Shown here piece after piece: positions 42,570-56,940 of a DNA stretch of 64,000 nucleotides; the stretch's first letter is position 1; every line of letters starts with the position of its first letter. The stretch is from the NCBI RefSeq assembly GCF_009914755.1, contig NC_060932.1, one strand, 5' to 3'. Below the pieces are notes generated by a model that did not search any database, was not told the DNA's origin, and was given only the letters and a program-made list of their open reading frames with translations. Source of the DNA: the human T2T-CHM13v2.0 reference genome, Homo sapiens. Position numbers and translations under genes: made by a program.

Positions 42570-42810
42570 CTTCCACAAAGCCTTCCATGGTCTCTTTCCA
42601 CTCCTTTTGGGCGTAATCTCTTCCTCCTCCAATTCATTGCATTTAACCTGCATCTTCCTTATGGCAACTGCATTTGCCACCATGTGCTATAATCTTTATT
42701 GTACTTGTATTACCCCTCTGCTAGACTGTAACTGCCATGAGGGCAGGTCCATGGGCATATGGTTCAATTTTATGAACCCTAGCATACACAAAAGCATATA
42801 CCAATAGTTT
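42570..42810 (+). mobile_element. L2 3' fragment
   Basis: aagccttcc, ctagactgtaactgccatgagggcagg. Confidence 0.6.
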
Positions 42811-42950
42811 TGAACACTTCACTCAGAGGCCAGTGAACACATGAGACTCCTTTTGTCTGTAATGGTTTGTTTTGGTGATAAACAAAGGTGCAGAGCAACA
42901 TTCCATAAATATTTATGTTCTTTTTCTCCCCTATCAGTGTCTGCCCATCA

Positions 42951-43155
42951 TTATTTGTTTTTTTTAATTTTTTTCCAAGTTTTATTTTAAGCTCCAGGGT
43001 ACTTGTGCAAGATTTTCAGGTTTGTTACATAAGTAAATGTGTCATGGTGGTTTGCTGAACAAATCAACCCATCACCTGGGTATTAAGCCCAGTATCCATT
43101 AGCTATTCTTCCTGATACTCTCTCTTTCCCCATCCCTTACATGCCCCAGTGTGTA
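42951..43155 (-). mobile_element. Older L1PA 3' end fragment
   Basis: caggtttgttacataagtaaa, catggtggtttgctg, aacccatcacctgggtattaagccc, attagctattcttcctga. Confidence 0.88.
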
Positions 43156-43349
43156 GCATTATTAAACTCAGTCATAGGAGGATAAGATTTGTATTTTTCT
43201 ACTGAAGCCCAAAGAAATGAAGTATTCATTCTGTCACTTAGTTTAAGCAGGAAAACAACTTGTCAGAAATCTAAAAAGATTATCTTGGCACATTTGAAAT
43301 TCGGAGAGTTTAAAAAATAAATTTGGGACTGATTAGCTACAGAACTGTA

Positions 43350-43632
43350 GCCTTTACTAATGTGTGCTCCATGAAACACTAGCTCCATAAGTTGTCGATA
43401 GGTTTGGTTGAAAATGGGAAAGGGGTCTTAAGACTAGAAATTTGAGAAATGCTGGATTAAATAAAATCAGTTTTTTTAAATGCAAGACTTCTCAGAACTT
43501 TTATGCATTTTGAGCCTTCTGAAAAAGAGTAGTCAGCATTTCTAGATTTATTTTTTAAATTACAAAAGTAGATTTCTCAGTGAAATTCTTGAATGATTAA
43601 TGTTCTGTGGGATACATACTGGAAAGATTATG
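43350..43632. mobile_element. Old hAT-Charlie MITE (subfamily uncertain)
   Basis: gtgtgctccatgaaacactag start, tttgagaaatgctgg, aatgttctgtgggatacatactggaaa end (imperfect inverted termini). Confidence 0.5.
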
Positions 43633-44889
43633 TCCCTTGCACAATTAAGCATGTAATAAAATATATTTTGAGTGAATGAATGATTGAACTCCTAGTGAGT
43701 TAGGGACAATGACAGCGCTATTCTCCCTCCAGACAGCCAAAGGAAATGAGCAACAGATGCCAAAATCCTTATTTCCAGTTCCATTCATATTCTCTTTTTC
43801 CATGCTTTTCTTTGATCCAGGGCTGATTGATCCTATATCTCTAGGGCAGAAAATCTGATTGCCTTTTCACAGGAACCACAGCTCTTGAAATCTTACCTAA
43901 GCTTCCTAGTAGAGCTTTAATAGCAATCAGTACCTGCCTGAATTTCTGGTGGCCTTGCAGCTAATCATATTTCAGGGAAAGATGCTACTATGCTGAATAC
44001 CTGATGATGGATGCTCTTCTTAGGAGAAGAAAATGGCATTTAATGGTCTCAGGATTAAGATTACAGAGATAGCACCAGGCTATCTGCAGCCTCAAGGCTT
44101 TTAAAGCATCCCCTGGGCATGAGCCAATGCGAATATTTCCTTTCCTTCGCAGGGTGATGGTGCATTTGTTCGTAGCATGGAGCTGCACTTTAGGAGTTAT
44201 GAAGGCAAGGCAGAAGGGAGATGCAGGGGGGAGAAAAGGAGAGAGAACTGCCTGTCCCTTCACAGCAAAGAACAAAGTGTTCCTTTAGTGAATCTTGTTG
44301 ATTGCAATCCCCTGGCTGACTTTGGTGTGCTTCAGTTATAATTAACTTCCATATATTTTAAGGGATTAGTGACATGTCAACATTTTTGAAACGTAGTTCT
44401 AATCATTGCATGTAATAACAATATTTGTCTTCAATAAGGGGATATTTTAGGGTGACAGATAAAGATAAGTCAAGAGCGCTCACACAGTTTCATGAAACTT
44501 CCATTTGTTTTTTCTTTTAAGAAAGCATAGGGCAGAATATATGTATTCTTTTGCTCAGCAGAAACGGCAAAGAGAAATGTTTAATGGAAAGCAAGTATGC
44601 CTGGAAGAAATTCTTGTGTAAGAGTTTTTAGATCAATACTCAAACTAATCTCACGCTCCCAGGAACTGACCTCCCTCTCTCTGTACATGATACCCTCTCC
44701 CATAGGGCAGAAGCAGGTTTATTAGCCTCCTTTTATTTTGCAGTGATTCACTGCGGTAGACAGAGAAAAGCTCTTAGATGAAGTATCCAAAGTTTGGTGC
44801 TCACCCTTCCTAAATGTACACTGTTAGACAAGCCACTTTATCTCTCTGATTCCTGCTTCCCTTATCTGCAGAACAGGGGAGGAATGGTT

Positions 44890-45130
44890 AAAACACGTAC
44901 ATGTATTGTGCACTCTTGCTATCTGCCAGGCCCTATGCTATGCAATCTGGATACTTTATCTTGTTTAATCCTCACAAAATAAATGCAGTGAGAGAGATAC
45001 TCCTATTTTAAAACAAGAAACCTGGGATCTATAGAGATTAGGTGAGTGACTAATCTGAGGTCACATAGCTGGTGGGGTAGCAGAGCTTTGATGTGTGTCT
45101 AGGTGTGACTGATTCCATGGTCCGGGCGCC
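44890..45130 (-). mobile_element. MIR
   Basis: tgccaggccctatgcta, tttaatcctcacaa, gaggtcacatagctgg. Confidence 0.8.
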
Positions 45131-45479
45131 ACTAGATTACCCTAACACTTTGGTTGTGAGGAGTAAAAGAGATGTCTGAAAGCCTGTTGTAATTTGTAAA
45201 TGCCCATATAAATGTGAGGCATTATCACTGAGTAGCACTCATAGTGGTTACTGAGACCTAGGTCTTGCAGGAGGTATACTGAGAATGAAAACATGGTGTA
45301 TTTTTCTGGCTGGGCCATCATCCAAACTGAAAGGGCATGTGTTTGGCGACAGGGATAGAAAGTTGAATACAGGGAGAAAAAGGAGGGGCTCATCTTGGCC
45401 TCAAGGCTGCATCTACCTCTCAACACCATTTCCTGTCACCCAAGCAAGTGCTCATGAGGCTACATTAGCCTGTTTTGTC

Positions 45480-45780
45480 AGGTTCTTCCAAGTGAAACTC
45501 TTTCTTGCCCCAGATCCTTGCATTTGATATTCTCTCTGCCTAGAAAATTCTTCCTACAGCTGTTTTCTTCCCATTCTTCAGGTCTCAATTCAAATGTCAA
45601 TATGTCAGGAAAACCCAGGCCTCCCAATTATTTTGCTTTTTTTTGTTGTTTATTTACTTGTTAATTGTTTGGCTTTTCTGAATGAAGACTCTAGTTCACT
45701 GTGCTGTATTGTTGACTCCCACAGTGCTAAGCTCTTACTAGGTGCCCAGTAAATTGGTGTTAAATGAAGAAATGAATGTC
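45480..45780 (+). mobile_element. L2 3' fragment
   Basis: ctctgcctagaa, ttcaggtctcaattcaaatgtca, gttcactgtg...acagtgc...aaatgaatg. Confidence 0.7.
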
Positions 45781-45994
45781 TGCTTTAGAGGAGACCAGAG
45801 AAACCTAGGCAGGACCCTGAGTTGGATGCTAACCTATACTCTAGTCTCACTGTGATTCTTAAGGGTCATTTCTAGTTTAAGAACAAGATAATAAAATTCT
45901 CATTTCTTCATTTCTGAATAGGTTTTTCTTTTTGTTTTTATATTCACCTGCCACCCTGCTGTCACCTTTGGAGAAGGTGTAAGTTTTGGGAAAA

Positions 45995-46175
45995 AGGAGG
46001 GTCTTTGGAGTTACACAGGACTTGGGTTAAATCCTAATTCTGTCATTTACAGTGTGACCTTGGGTGTGTCATTCAAGCTCTCTAAGCCTAAGCTGCTTCA
46101 CGTATAAAATATTTCATAGGATTATCCTGAGCTTAATTAAGATATTTACAAAGAATTTAAAACTGTTTGGCAGAC
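45995..46175 (+). mobile_element. MIR
   Basis: ctttggagtt...ttgggttaaatcct...tgtgaccttggg...ctctctaagcct. Confidence 0.75.
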
Positions 46176-49100
46176 TATATTTCCTCCTCTTTCCCAAGGA
46201 CTCTAACTTTCTTGGAAATACATTTTGGTTTTGAAGGCTGCCGTGCGTTGGTCGACTACCATTTGATTTGTTGATGCTGGAGGGAAAGAAGTGGAGAAAG
46301 AGAGGAAGAAGGCTGTTTTAAATGACATTGTGATTTCCTTGGAGGCAAAGATTTTTGTCTAATCTCATATCACAATCACTTATACTTGCTAGGCTGTTAA
46401 TAGGCACAAAAAATAAAACTCAGATGGAAATGTTAATAGTGGTATTTTTAAAATGCAGCATAAAAGCTCAGATCTTTTACATAGTGAACCACTCAGACCA
46501 CTTTCCTGAAATATGAATACAACAAACATTTCTTGAAATGGTTAAAAACAAAAAGGGTAAGAAGTACAAACATGGCACTGTTGCCCCTGATTTCTGGGGA
46601 CAGTCTCTAGACCTCAGAGGGTTGCTGGATAGTGTCTGAAAATTTTGGAATTAGAAACATGAGCTAGCCTTAATGTCTTCTGACATGTATAAATCTCTGC
46701 ATCTTCTCACCACAGTTTTTTTTTTTTTTATTGTAAGGAGTACTAAATTAGGAAGACTAGGTCAAAGAGGAATGGTCTTTTTGTTGAAGTAGAAATATAA
46801 TTCTTGTAAAATCTAAAGTTTCTGAGCCTCTGAATCTTTTCCCCTTAGCTGATATAAGCAGGTAGAAGGATTACATATAATATACATATGACAAATATAT
46901 ATATATGTAGTCATATATATCAAAAGAAATATATATGTGTCTGTAAATAATAAAGCAAATATAATTAACAGATAAAGGTTATCAAACAATTGACACCTTT
47001 GTCTAAGGTAACAGTAAAGGACAGTGTTAAGGACAAATTGAGGTGGCCTCAATTTACTAGAAAGAAATCAGTATGAGTTTTCATTTGCCCTAGTGACATA
47101 TTACTTCTTAATGAGCAAATAATGTCAACAATATTTTATTTTATCCATATAACCAACTGGAAAAGAAATAAGTATTAATGAAAAAAATGCATTCATTTAA
47201 GGAGATACCACTAACAAGGCTAAGTAAAGGTAAAACTTCTGTTTCCAAAATTTTCTAAACAGAAATAGTATCTTTTGCCCCTGTGCCGAACTATCCATTT
47301 TTCTAAGATGGGCTACTTTGACCCTGCCAGGATTACTCAATAATTCCTCCATTCATTCACAGGTAGTATCAGTCGATGAGTTCATGATCTTAATTATTGT
47401 CAACTTTTGTATTGGCTAAAAGGTGGACTAACTACCCACTTTTAATACTCAGGTCCTTGCAATTGTCATAAGAAATTCAGCATTGCATTCTGGTAACCTA
47501 CTCACCTTCTAGTTGTGGGGGTTTAGTGCTTCTAGTGCATAGATTATTTGTTTTATTTTAAGAGAATTTCAATGAGATTGGAAATTTAGTTTCAGAGCCA
47601 GACCTTCAAGGTTAAAACATCAAAACAAATCTCCAAAGAAGAAAGACAACCACAGAAACTATTTGAATAATTTTGACTTGCTTTGAAAACTAAAATTAAG
47701 GCTTTTAAATTCATCAGCCCATCATCATAACCCTCGCATTGCTGAGGTGCTTTGGAAGTGGATCAGTAGTTCTGCCTTTCCCTGGCTCACTGTCATGGCT
47801 AATAAAGCTATGTCTGTCTCTCACACAAACAGCTAATGTAATGGAAAGATAATTACAAACAAGTAGATTACAGGAATTGAACAGAAAACTGATGTTGAGA
47901 CAGTTTTTCTCCTGTACAGAGTTTTTGTGTTTGTTTGGAGTCATCTAACACTGCAAACAAATTCAAAATCATCAAGTCCAATGTCGGAATATTTGACATT
48001 GAAGATAAATTCACTCTTTGAGTAGTCACTTGGAAACCAATTATTAGACAAGACAATGAAGATGATTTTCCAAACACAATGGCAATATTTAAAGTACAGA
48101 AGTTCCTAATGGTGCAATGTTTGTTTGTTTTTTTAAAACTAAGAACCTGTGCCTAATTTTTAAGTTTGATGAAAATGTAGCATTTAATAAGGGCAGATCT
48201 TAGACATTTTCAGAGCATAGGAAATTCCCTGCAGATTACAGTTCTAAGAATAGCCTAGAAACAGCAGTAGAGCAAATAAAGAAGTGACCCTCAGTCGTTC
48301 ATGGGTATATCAGGGGACATGTAGCTATATATCAATAAATTGCTGATGGCTTTATAAGTTGTCAGATGTTAGGCAAATCAGAACCATACATTGCTATTAT
48401 GGTGGGCATTTCTTGCTTTTGTTAAAAAAAAAAAAAAGGCACCCAAAACAACTTTTACTAGGAAAAGATGCTCTGCATGTAAAAATATATGCAGTGTTTT
48501 CTGCTCTCTTAACTAATTTTTAGTTGTTCACCAGGCATGTTACCTACTTCTCAGTTATGGTTCCCATGATCCAGTTAACGTTGCCTCCCATCTTTCTCTT
48601 TGTGTAAATTTAACAATATTTCCAATGTTCTTACCAGTTCTTTTTTTGAGTGAATCTAAGGCATGCTCAATGTCTGAACTTGATCTCTTTGGTCTGTCTT
48701 CTTCTTTGTCATGCTGGAAGGAATAAACTTCTGCCTGGGTGCAGTGTTAAATATGACAGATTTTGAAGAAAAATATTGAAGCCATGTCAGAATTATCTCC
48801 ATTTTTCTAAATTTAAATTTACTTGAGTGTAGATTTAGTCAAGGTAAGTCTAGGTTTTGCTGAGTTATTTAGATAGTCTGGAATGTAAATCTTTGAAAAG
48901 TTACAAGGACTTGAATAGCAAACACTAATGTAATATACTCGAATGATGTTAACCAATAAAAGACTACCATTATTAAAAGCTTGAGTTCTCTCTCCTAGTC
49001 ACACTTGACCTTTATTCAGGGGTATGTTCAAGAAGTATGGGAAAATATCACAGACATGTGTGCTTTCTCAGCTGAGAACACGTCTTGGAAATTCTCAAGA

Positions 49101-49329
49101 GAAACAATCTATTTAAGATTCCACAAAGAACTAGATATCATAGATGTTTTTCTTTCTAAGCTTACTAACAACAACAACAAAAATCCTGATCTTCTCGGAA
49201 TTTTTGTGATAAAGATTTTGAGGCCATAACTGACCCCATTGACCCAAATATTTCAGAAGAGAAAGCTGAACTAGATAGTTTTTCCCAAGTATCAGATCAG
49301 TTTGACTTCATAAAGCCTCTTATCAAGAA

Positions 49330-49928
<599 letters not shown>

Positions 49929-50772
49929 GAAATCTTCTTAATAATGCCCCCAGAAGTAAGTCACACATTCCTGCACGTGCTTGATGCCAATGCTAAGCTT
50001 CTGTAGGCTGCTGATACCCGAAGGACTCTCATTGTTGGGGAGTGGGCTGCTCTTCAAGGAGATGGTCAAATGCTGGCAGAAATCCCTTCATCCCCTTCAT
50101 TTCTGGCTGGTAAGATATTTCCTTTCCACTTTCACTCCTCATACTTACCTTCACATACTCTATTATTTCTAAACTTGATTATTTAAGGATTCCCCAAATT
50201 TATCTTGCGGTTGTATGCTCCCAAGCCTTTGATTATAGCACCTTACGCCTCAGCCCATCTCTGAGGAACACATTCCTACGCATGCTTTGTGATCTAGCTG
50301 AAAATCTCTTTTCCTGCCATGCTTTTTTTTTTTCAGCTTCTCAGGCACAGTAAACTTCTCTATCTACTACTGAACCTTCATAATGCTTTACATACCCCCT
50401 TCTCAGTACTTGTCAAAGTTTAGTATGATTATTTGCTTATCATCTGTTTTCTTAGCTAGATCATGAGTTCTCTGAAAACAGGAATCATGTTCTGTAATCA
50501 GTTCACCATGCTAGGCACACAGCAGGCAGTTAATAAGTTTTTGCCAAATGAATAAAAAGGTGTAAAAAAGATGTAAAAAAATACTTTATAGAGACTGTGA
50601 AATTGTGGTTGTTTCATTTTTCAGCTTCTAAAAGCCAGTTGGCTTATTTGACCTTATGCTATTCCTCACATTCACTAAACACTCAACATGTTTTGGGCAT
50701 GTGCCTGTCATAAAGCAGCTTCATCAAAGTTTTTAAAATTCTAAAACTCTTTAGAAAGACTTGTTAACCTTT

Positions 50773-51091
<319 letters not shown>

Positions 51092-51242
51092 CTAGGTATT
51101 TCTGGCAGTCTTGCTTGTGTGGAATGTTCCTGCTGTAGCTAATGTCAGAGGAACCTCTGCAATCCTGGGCAGCATTGGCAGCCACGTGAAGGAAGGGAGT
51201 GGAGTTCTGTGCAGATGTATTAAAATTAAAAGTAATTTGGTC

Positions 51243-51818
51243 CAGACTCTGTGGAAAACAGTTTGGTGGTACTTGGCATGACCATGGGACACAGAGTTCC
51301 ACTCTTAGGTATACATCCAAAAGTATCAAAAGCAGGTATTCAAATAAATACATACACAAGCATGTTCATAACAGCACTATTCAAAGTAGCCAAAAGGTGG
51401 AAAGAACCCAAATGTCAATCAGTGGATGAATGGATAAACAAATTATGATGTATCTATGCAATGGAATATTTATTAGCCATAACAAGGAATTGAGTGCTGG
51501 CATATGCCACAACATGGATGAACCTCAGTATGCTGTGTGGAATTATACTGTATGATTCCATTTATAAGACACATCCACAATAGGTAACTTCATAAAAACA
51601 GAAAGCAGATTGGTGGTTGCCAGACAGTAAGGATAACAGGAAATGAGGAGCACTGATTAATGTGTTTGTGGTTTCCTTTAGGGGTGATGAAATGTTTTGG
51701 AAGTAGATAGAGGGAGTGATTACGCAGCATCATGAATGGACTAAATGTCCCTGAATTGTTCACTTTGAAATGGTTAGTTTTATGTTTTGTGAATTTCACC
51801 TCAATTAAAAGAAATAAA
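51243..51818 (+). mobile_element. L1MB (L1MB3-like) 3' end
   Basis: gtggaaaacagtttgg, gccaaaaggtggaaagaacccaaatgtc, ctgaattgttcacttt...gtgaatttcacctcaattaaaa. Confidence 0.9.
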
Positions 51819-51834
51819 GTAGAGTGAAGGTTGA

Positions 51835-52092
51835 AGGAATAAAAAGTGGAAGAGGAGGTCAGAGTGATACTATGGGAGAAGGATTCTATCAGCTGGTCCT
51901 GGCTTTGAAGATGTAGGGAGGTCAGAACCAAGCAATGAGGGCAGCCTTGAGAAGTGGGAAAAGGCAAGCAACAAAACCTTCCTTGAAGTCTTCAGAAAAC
52001 AACATGGTCCTGCAATCACCTTGATTCTGGCCTAGTGAGAGCATGTATTACTGAACTGCAAGGTAATACATTTGTATTTTTTCCTAAGCTAA
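51835..52092 (+). mobile_element. MLT1D-like LTR fragment
   Basis: ggtcagagtgat, ctggctttgaagatg, gggaaaaggcaag, caccttgattctggcctagtgaga. Confidence 0.7.
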
Positions 52093-52584
52093 AAAAGGCA
52101 ACAAAATACCAAGCATTGGCCTCATTGCTGAAAAGAACTTCAGAGGTCAGCCCAATTCTGATGAAATAGGGCTGTGGAAGATTATATTACTTTCCAAGGT
52201 CACATAGCTAGTTGTCCTATATACTCAGAAACAGTGTTTCCTCCTAGAAATAAAAAGATAGGAGGAGAATAAACAATGAGTGAGGTTATTGTCCTGATTT
52301 TATGAGAGTGGGAGCAGATTCAGTGAGATTAAATAACATGACTAATATGTAACATCTAGTACTGTGGGTTTTATTTTTTAAACTTTTTCTTTTAAATCAA
52401 AGTAATGCATGTACATGAACAATAATAAAACAATCACATCATAAGCATTATAAGGGCTTATGATGGAAATCATCAGTTTCCAATACTCCCACATCCAGTC
52501 CTGCTTCATTGCACTTACCATTTCCTCTTTTAACTTTCCGTTGTAATTTAAATTTTACTACATAATGCTATTATGTGTTAATAC

Positions 52585-52815
52585 TTAACAAATACTTATA
52601 TAGTACTTAGTAAGTCGTTTCCAAAGACAGTTAATTGAATCTTCATAACAACCCTGTAAGACAGGTACTAGTATTCACCCTACTTTATGGTTGGGGAAAC
52701 TGAAGCATGGAGTGGTGAGACTTACCCAACATAGCACAACTAGAAGGTGCTAGAGCTGGGGTTTGAACCCAGGTGTTCTAACTTCAGATTCCAAGCTCTT
52801 GACTACTACACCATG
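52585..52815 (-). mobile_element. MIR
   Basis: aatcttcataacaaccctgtaagacaggtact, ggggaaactgaagca, gagctggggtttgaacccagg. Confidence 0.88.
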
Positions 52816-52858
52816 CTGTTTACAAACATGAGCTTTGTTTTACCAGAGAGTAACTGAG

Positions 52859-54978
52859 TGTATTAGTCCATTGTCACATTGCTATAAAGAACTGCTTGAG
52901 ACTGGGTAATTTATAAAGAAAAGAGGTTTAATTGACTCAACAGTTCTGCATGGCTGAGGAGTCCTCAGGAAACTCACAATCATGGCAGAAGGGGAAGCAG
53001 GCACACCTTACATGGTGGCAGGTGAGAGACAGAGAAAGAAACAGACAGAAAGAGAGAGAGAGTAGGAGGAACTGTCAAACACTTATAAAACCATCAGATC
53101 TCATGAGAACTCACTCACTAACATGAGAACAGCATGGGGGAAACCACCCCCATGATCCAGTCACCTCCCACCATGTCTCTCTCTCGACACTGTGGGGATT
53201 ACAGTTCAAGATGAGATTTGGGTGTGGACACAGAGCCAAATGATATCATTCCACCCCTGGCCCCTCCCAAATCTCATGTCTCTTTCACATTTCAAAACAC
53301 AATCATGCCTTCCCAATAGTCCCCCAAAGTCTTAACTCATTTCAGCATTAACCCAAAAGTTCAAGTCCAAAGTCTCATCTGAAACAAGGCAAGTTTCTTC
53401 TACCTAGGAGCCTGCAAAATCAAAAGCAAGTTAGTTACTTCCAAGATACAGTAAGGGTACAGGTATTGTATAAATGCTCCCATTCCAAATAGAAGAAATT
53501 GGTCAAAACAAAGGGGCTGTAGGCCCCATGCAAGTCTGAAACCCAGCAGGGCCATCATTAAATCTTAAAGCTCCAAAATGATCTCCTTTGATTCCATGTA
53601 TCACATCCAGGGCATGCTGATGCAAGGCGTGGGCTCCCACAGCCTTGGGCAGCTCCTTCACGGTCTGACATTGAGTGCCTGAAGCTTTTCCAGGTGCAGG
53701 GTGCAAGCTGTCAGTGGATCTACCATTCTGGGATGTGGAGGACAGTGGCCCTCTTCTCACAGTTCCACGAAGCAGTGCCCCAGTGAGGACTCTGTGTGGG
53801 GGCTCACACCACACATTTCCCTTTCACACTGCCCTAGCAGAGGTTCTCCATGAGGGTTCCAACCCTGCAGCAGACTTCTGCCTGGACATCCAGGTGTTTC
53901 CATACATCCTCTGAAATCTAGGCAGAGGTTTCCAAACCTCAGTTCTTGAATTCTGTGTACTGGAAGGCCCAGCACCACGTGGAAGCTGCCAAGGCTTGGA
54001 GCTTGCACCTCTAAAGCTGTACCTCAGCCCCCTTTAGCCACAGCTGGAGCTGGAGCAGCTTGGACTCAGGGTGCTATGTCCTAAGGCTGCACAGAGCAGT
54101 GTGTCCCTGGTTCTGGCCCATGAAGTCATTTTTCCCTCCTACTCTTCCAGGCTTGTGATGGGATCAGCTGCTGTGAAGTTCTCTGAAATGCTCTAGGGGC
54201 ATTTTCCCCATTGTCTTGGCTATTAACATTTGGCTCCTCTTTACTTACGCAACTTTCTCCAGCCAGTTTGAATTCCCCCCCCCAGAAAATGGGGTTTTCT
54301 TTTCTACCACATGATCTGGCTGCAAAATTTCCAAACTTTTATGTTCTGCATCCCTTTTAAACATAAATTTCTCATCTCCATCTGAGAACACCTCAGCCTG
54401 AAGTTAATTGCCCATATCACTGTCAGCATTTTGGTCAAAACCATTCAACAAATCTCTAGGAAGTTCCAAACTTTCCCATATCTTCCTGTCTTCTTCTGAG
54501 CTCTCCAAACTGTTCCAGCCTCTGCCTGTTACCCAGTTCTAAAGCTACTTGCACATTTTCAAGTATTTTTATAGCAGAGCCCCAAACTCCTGGTACCAAT
54601 TTCCTGTATTAGTCTGTTCTCATATTGCTATAAAGAACTACCCAATACTGGGTAATTTATAAAGAAAAGAGGTTTCATTGACTCACGGTTCGACATGGCT
54701 GGGGAGGTCTTACATGGCTGGGAAACTTCCAATCATGGCGGAAGGGGAAGCAGGCACGTCTTACATGGCGACAGGCAAGAGAGGAAGTGTGTGGAGGAGG
54801 AACTGTCAAACACTTATAAAACCATCAGATCTCATGAGAACTCACCCACTAACACGAGAATAGCATGGGGGAAACCACCCCCATGATTCAATCACCTCCC
54901 ACCGGGTCCCTCTCTTGACATGTGGGTATTACAGTGTGAGATGAGATTTGGGTGGGGACACAGAGCCAAACCATATCA
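52859..54978 (-). mobile_element. THE1D-like MaLR element with both LTRs and internal region
   Basis: 3' LTR 52859-53248, internal 53249-54604, 5' LTR 54605-54978; polypurine tract (rc ggggtggaa) beside 3' LTR; rc ggaaattggtacc after 5' LTR; perfect TSD CTGAG at 52854-52858 and 54979-54983. Confidence 0.96.
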
Positions 54979-56289
54979 CTGAGACTCGATGTGGCCCAGT
55001 AGCATGCCCAAGTTTATGGCAAGGCTGGAATTTGAGCCTAGTTGGGCTCCAAGGCCTTGATACTTTCTGATAAATCTTTCTGCCTTAGAAGGCAGCTGTC
55101 CATTGGAACCATGTCTGTCTTAGCCCTGCCTGGGATTAGAGAGAGAGAAAGAGAGATGTGAGTAATAGAGCTTTCTAGCACATCAATTTTTAAATTTTTT
55201 TTCATGTTAGGAAGACAGGCTTTGTAGGTATAACCTTTGTAACATTTTCTTGGCATCATGAAAAATTAAAATTCTTTCTATTCTCACCTTTAAAAAAATA
55301 GATTCTTTTTTGGCAGGCAGGAATCTGTTTAGCTGCCATTTTACTAATGTGCTGTGGTTTTCCTAGAAGGCTGCTGCACAAAATGTTTTAGGCATTCTCT
55401 GTAGCTCAGATTAGAAGACCTAAATCCTAGATCTACATTCTCCTTATTCACCATAATAACTGCCTCTTTCTGAAAATATTGACTTGAGCAGATTTCCCAT
55501 ACTGTCAGCTTTTCTTGCTCTAGATTAGAGGTTTTCGAAGACTAACTGTGGAATCCTAGCACCTTTTGGTGATCCTGCAAAATTGTCCATAGGGTTGGAG
55601 GAGAATGGAGAGGAAGGGTAGGTAGGCAATGGGATGAATACGTGAGCAGGGGAGTCACCATACCACTGCCCCCCTCACCCACCGCTTAAGCCAGAGAAGA
55701 CAACTTTGACTCTATGGATATTTCTACAATTTTTTTTGAGATAAAATGTACCATTGAGAAGCTCCCCCTCCCACAGAGTTGGTATAGAATAATATACTCA
55801 CTATATAGTGGATACAGCTGGAGGAATAGGGGTTAAAAAGAAAATAAAATAAAAACACCACTTAGAATAATGAGAAAACAAGGCATATGCATCTATGGTG
55901 TCTAAATGGGATTCCCTGGACAGGGAAAGATTCTGGAAACTGACCACCCATCAAGCTAGTAATTGGAAAACTTCACTTCCGCAGATGCATTCTGTGGTAA
56001 GGGAGGCAAGATTGGGCTGGTAAGCATTTAAAAGAGAGAGAAAGTTAGAAAAGAAAATGATCAAGTGGATTAAATAGAATAAAACCAAAGTCTTCCTTTT
56101 GGGGAAGTAGCTCCTTAATAATTGAATTCACTGCAGATTCAGACATTGCAGGTGAAGTTAGAGAACACGCAGAGGAAATCCAAATTAAGTTCTGGCTAGG
56201 GTAATGAAAAAAATGGAAGAACTAGACTGCCATCCTGAGGCCGAATGTGGTATCTAAATACCCTCAAGCTTTTCTATTTCTCTAAACAG

Positions 56290-56940
56290 TAATTTTATAA
56301 AATTGTTCTTCAAAACTAATATGGATACTCGGTAAAAGCAATGCAAATGATACAAGAAAGTTTACATGATAAGTTAAGCCTCTCTTTTAGCCCCCAAATT
56401 TCCCTTCCCCAGAGACAATTATTATTTCTAGCTTATTGTACATCTTTTTTTATTTTTATTTTTTCCAAAACACCAGAGATCGATATGTACATCTTTAAAA
56501 ATAAGTTCTATGCACTTAACAATAATTTATGTGTGTATGCATTCCTTTGAAACCACTGATGATATCTGCTGCTGTATATCTTGATTTATTTTCAATTTAA
56601 CAATGGATCTTGGAGATGGTTTCTTTTTTATTTCTTGATTGTATAGTCTTTATTAGATGAACACACCAGAACTCATTTGGCCATTCCTGTACTAATGTAC
56701 ATTTACTAGGTTTTCAGTATTTTGCTTCTACAAACAATACTGCAATAAATATTTTCATCCGTAGATCATTGTGCATGTGGACATAGCTGTAGAAAAAAAT
56801 CACTAGAGGTGGAAGTGTTAAAAGGTATATGAATTTAAATTTGCAATGGGTAGAGTAAAATCGTACTCTAGAAATGTGAAGACATTCTATCAACCATGCT
56901 TGAGAGTGTTCGATGCTCCACACTTTGGCCAATCTGAAGC
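56290..56940 (-). mobile_element. Ancient L1ME fragment
   Basis: tttaacaatggatcttggagat, ggttttcagtattttgct, aaacaatactgcaataaatatt, cctagaggtggaa-like motifs. Confidence 0.65.

Noticed and set aside
53503-54008. ORFs in the THE1 internal region
   Set aside because: Short broken remnants of the MaLR internal sequence; no intact retroviral gene
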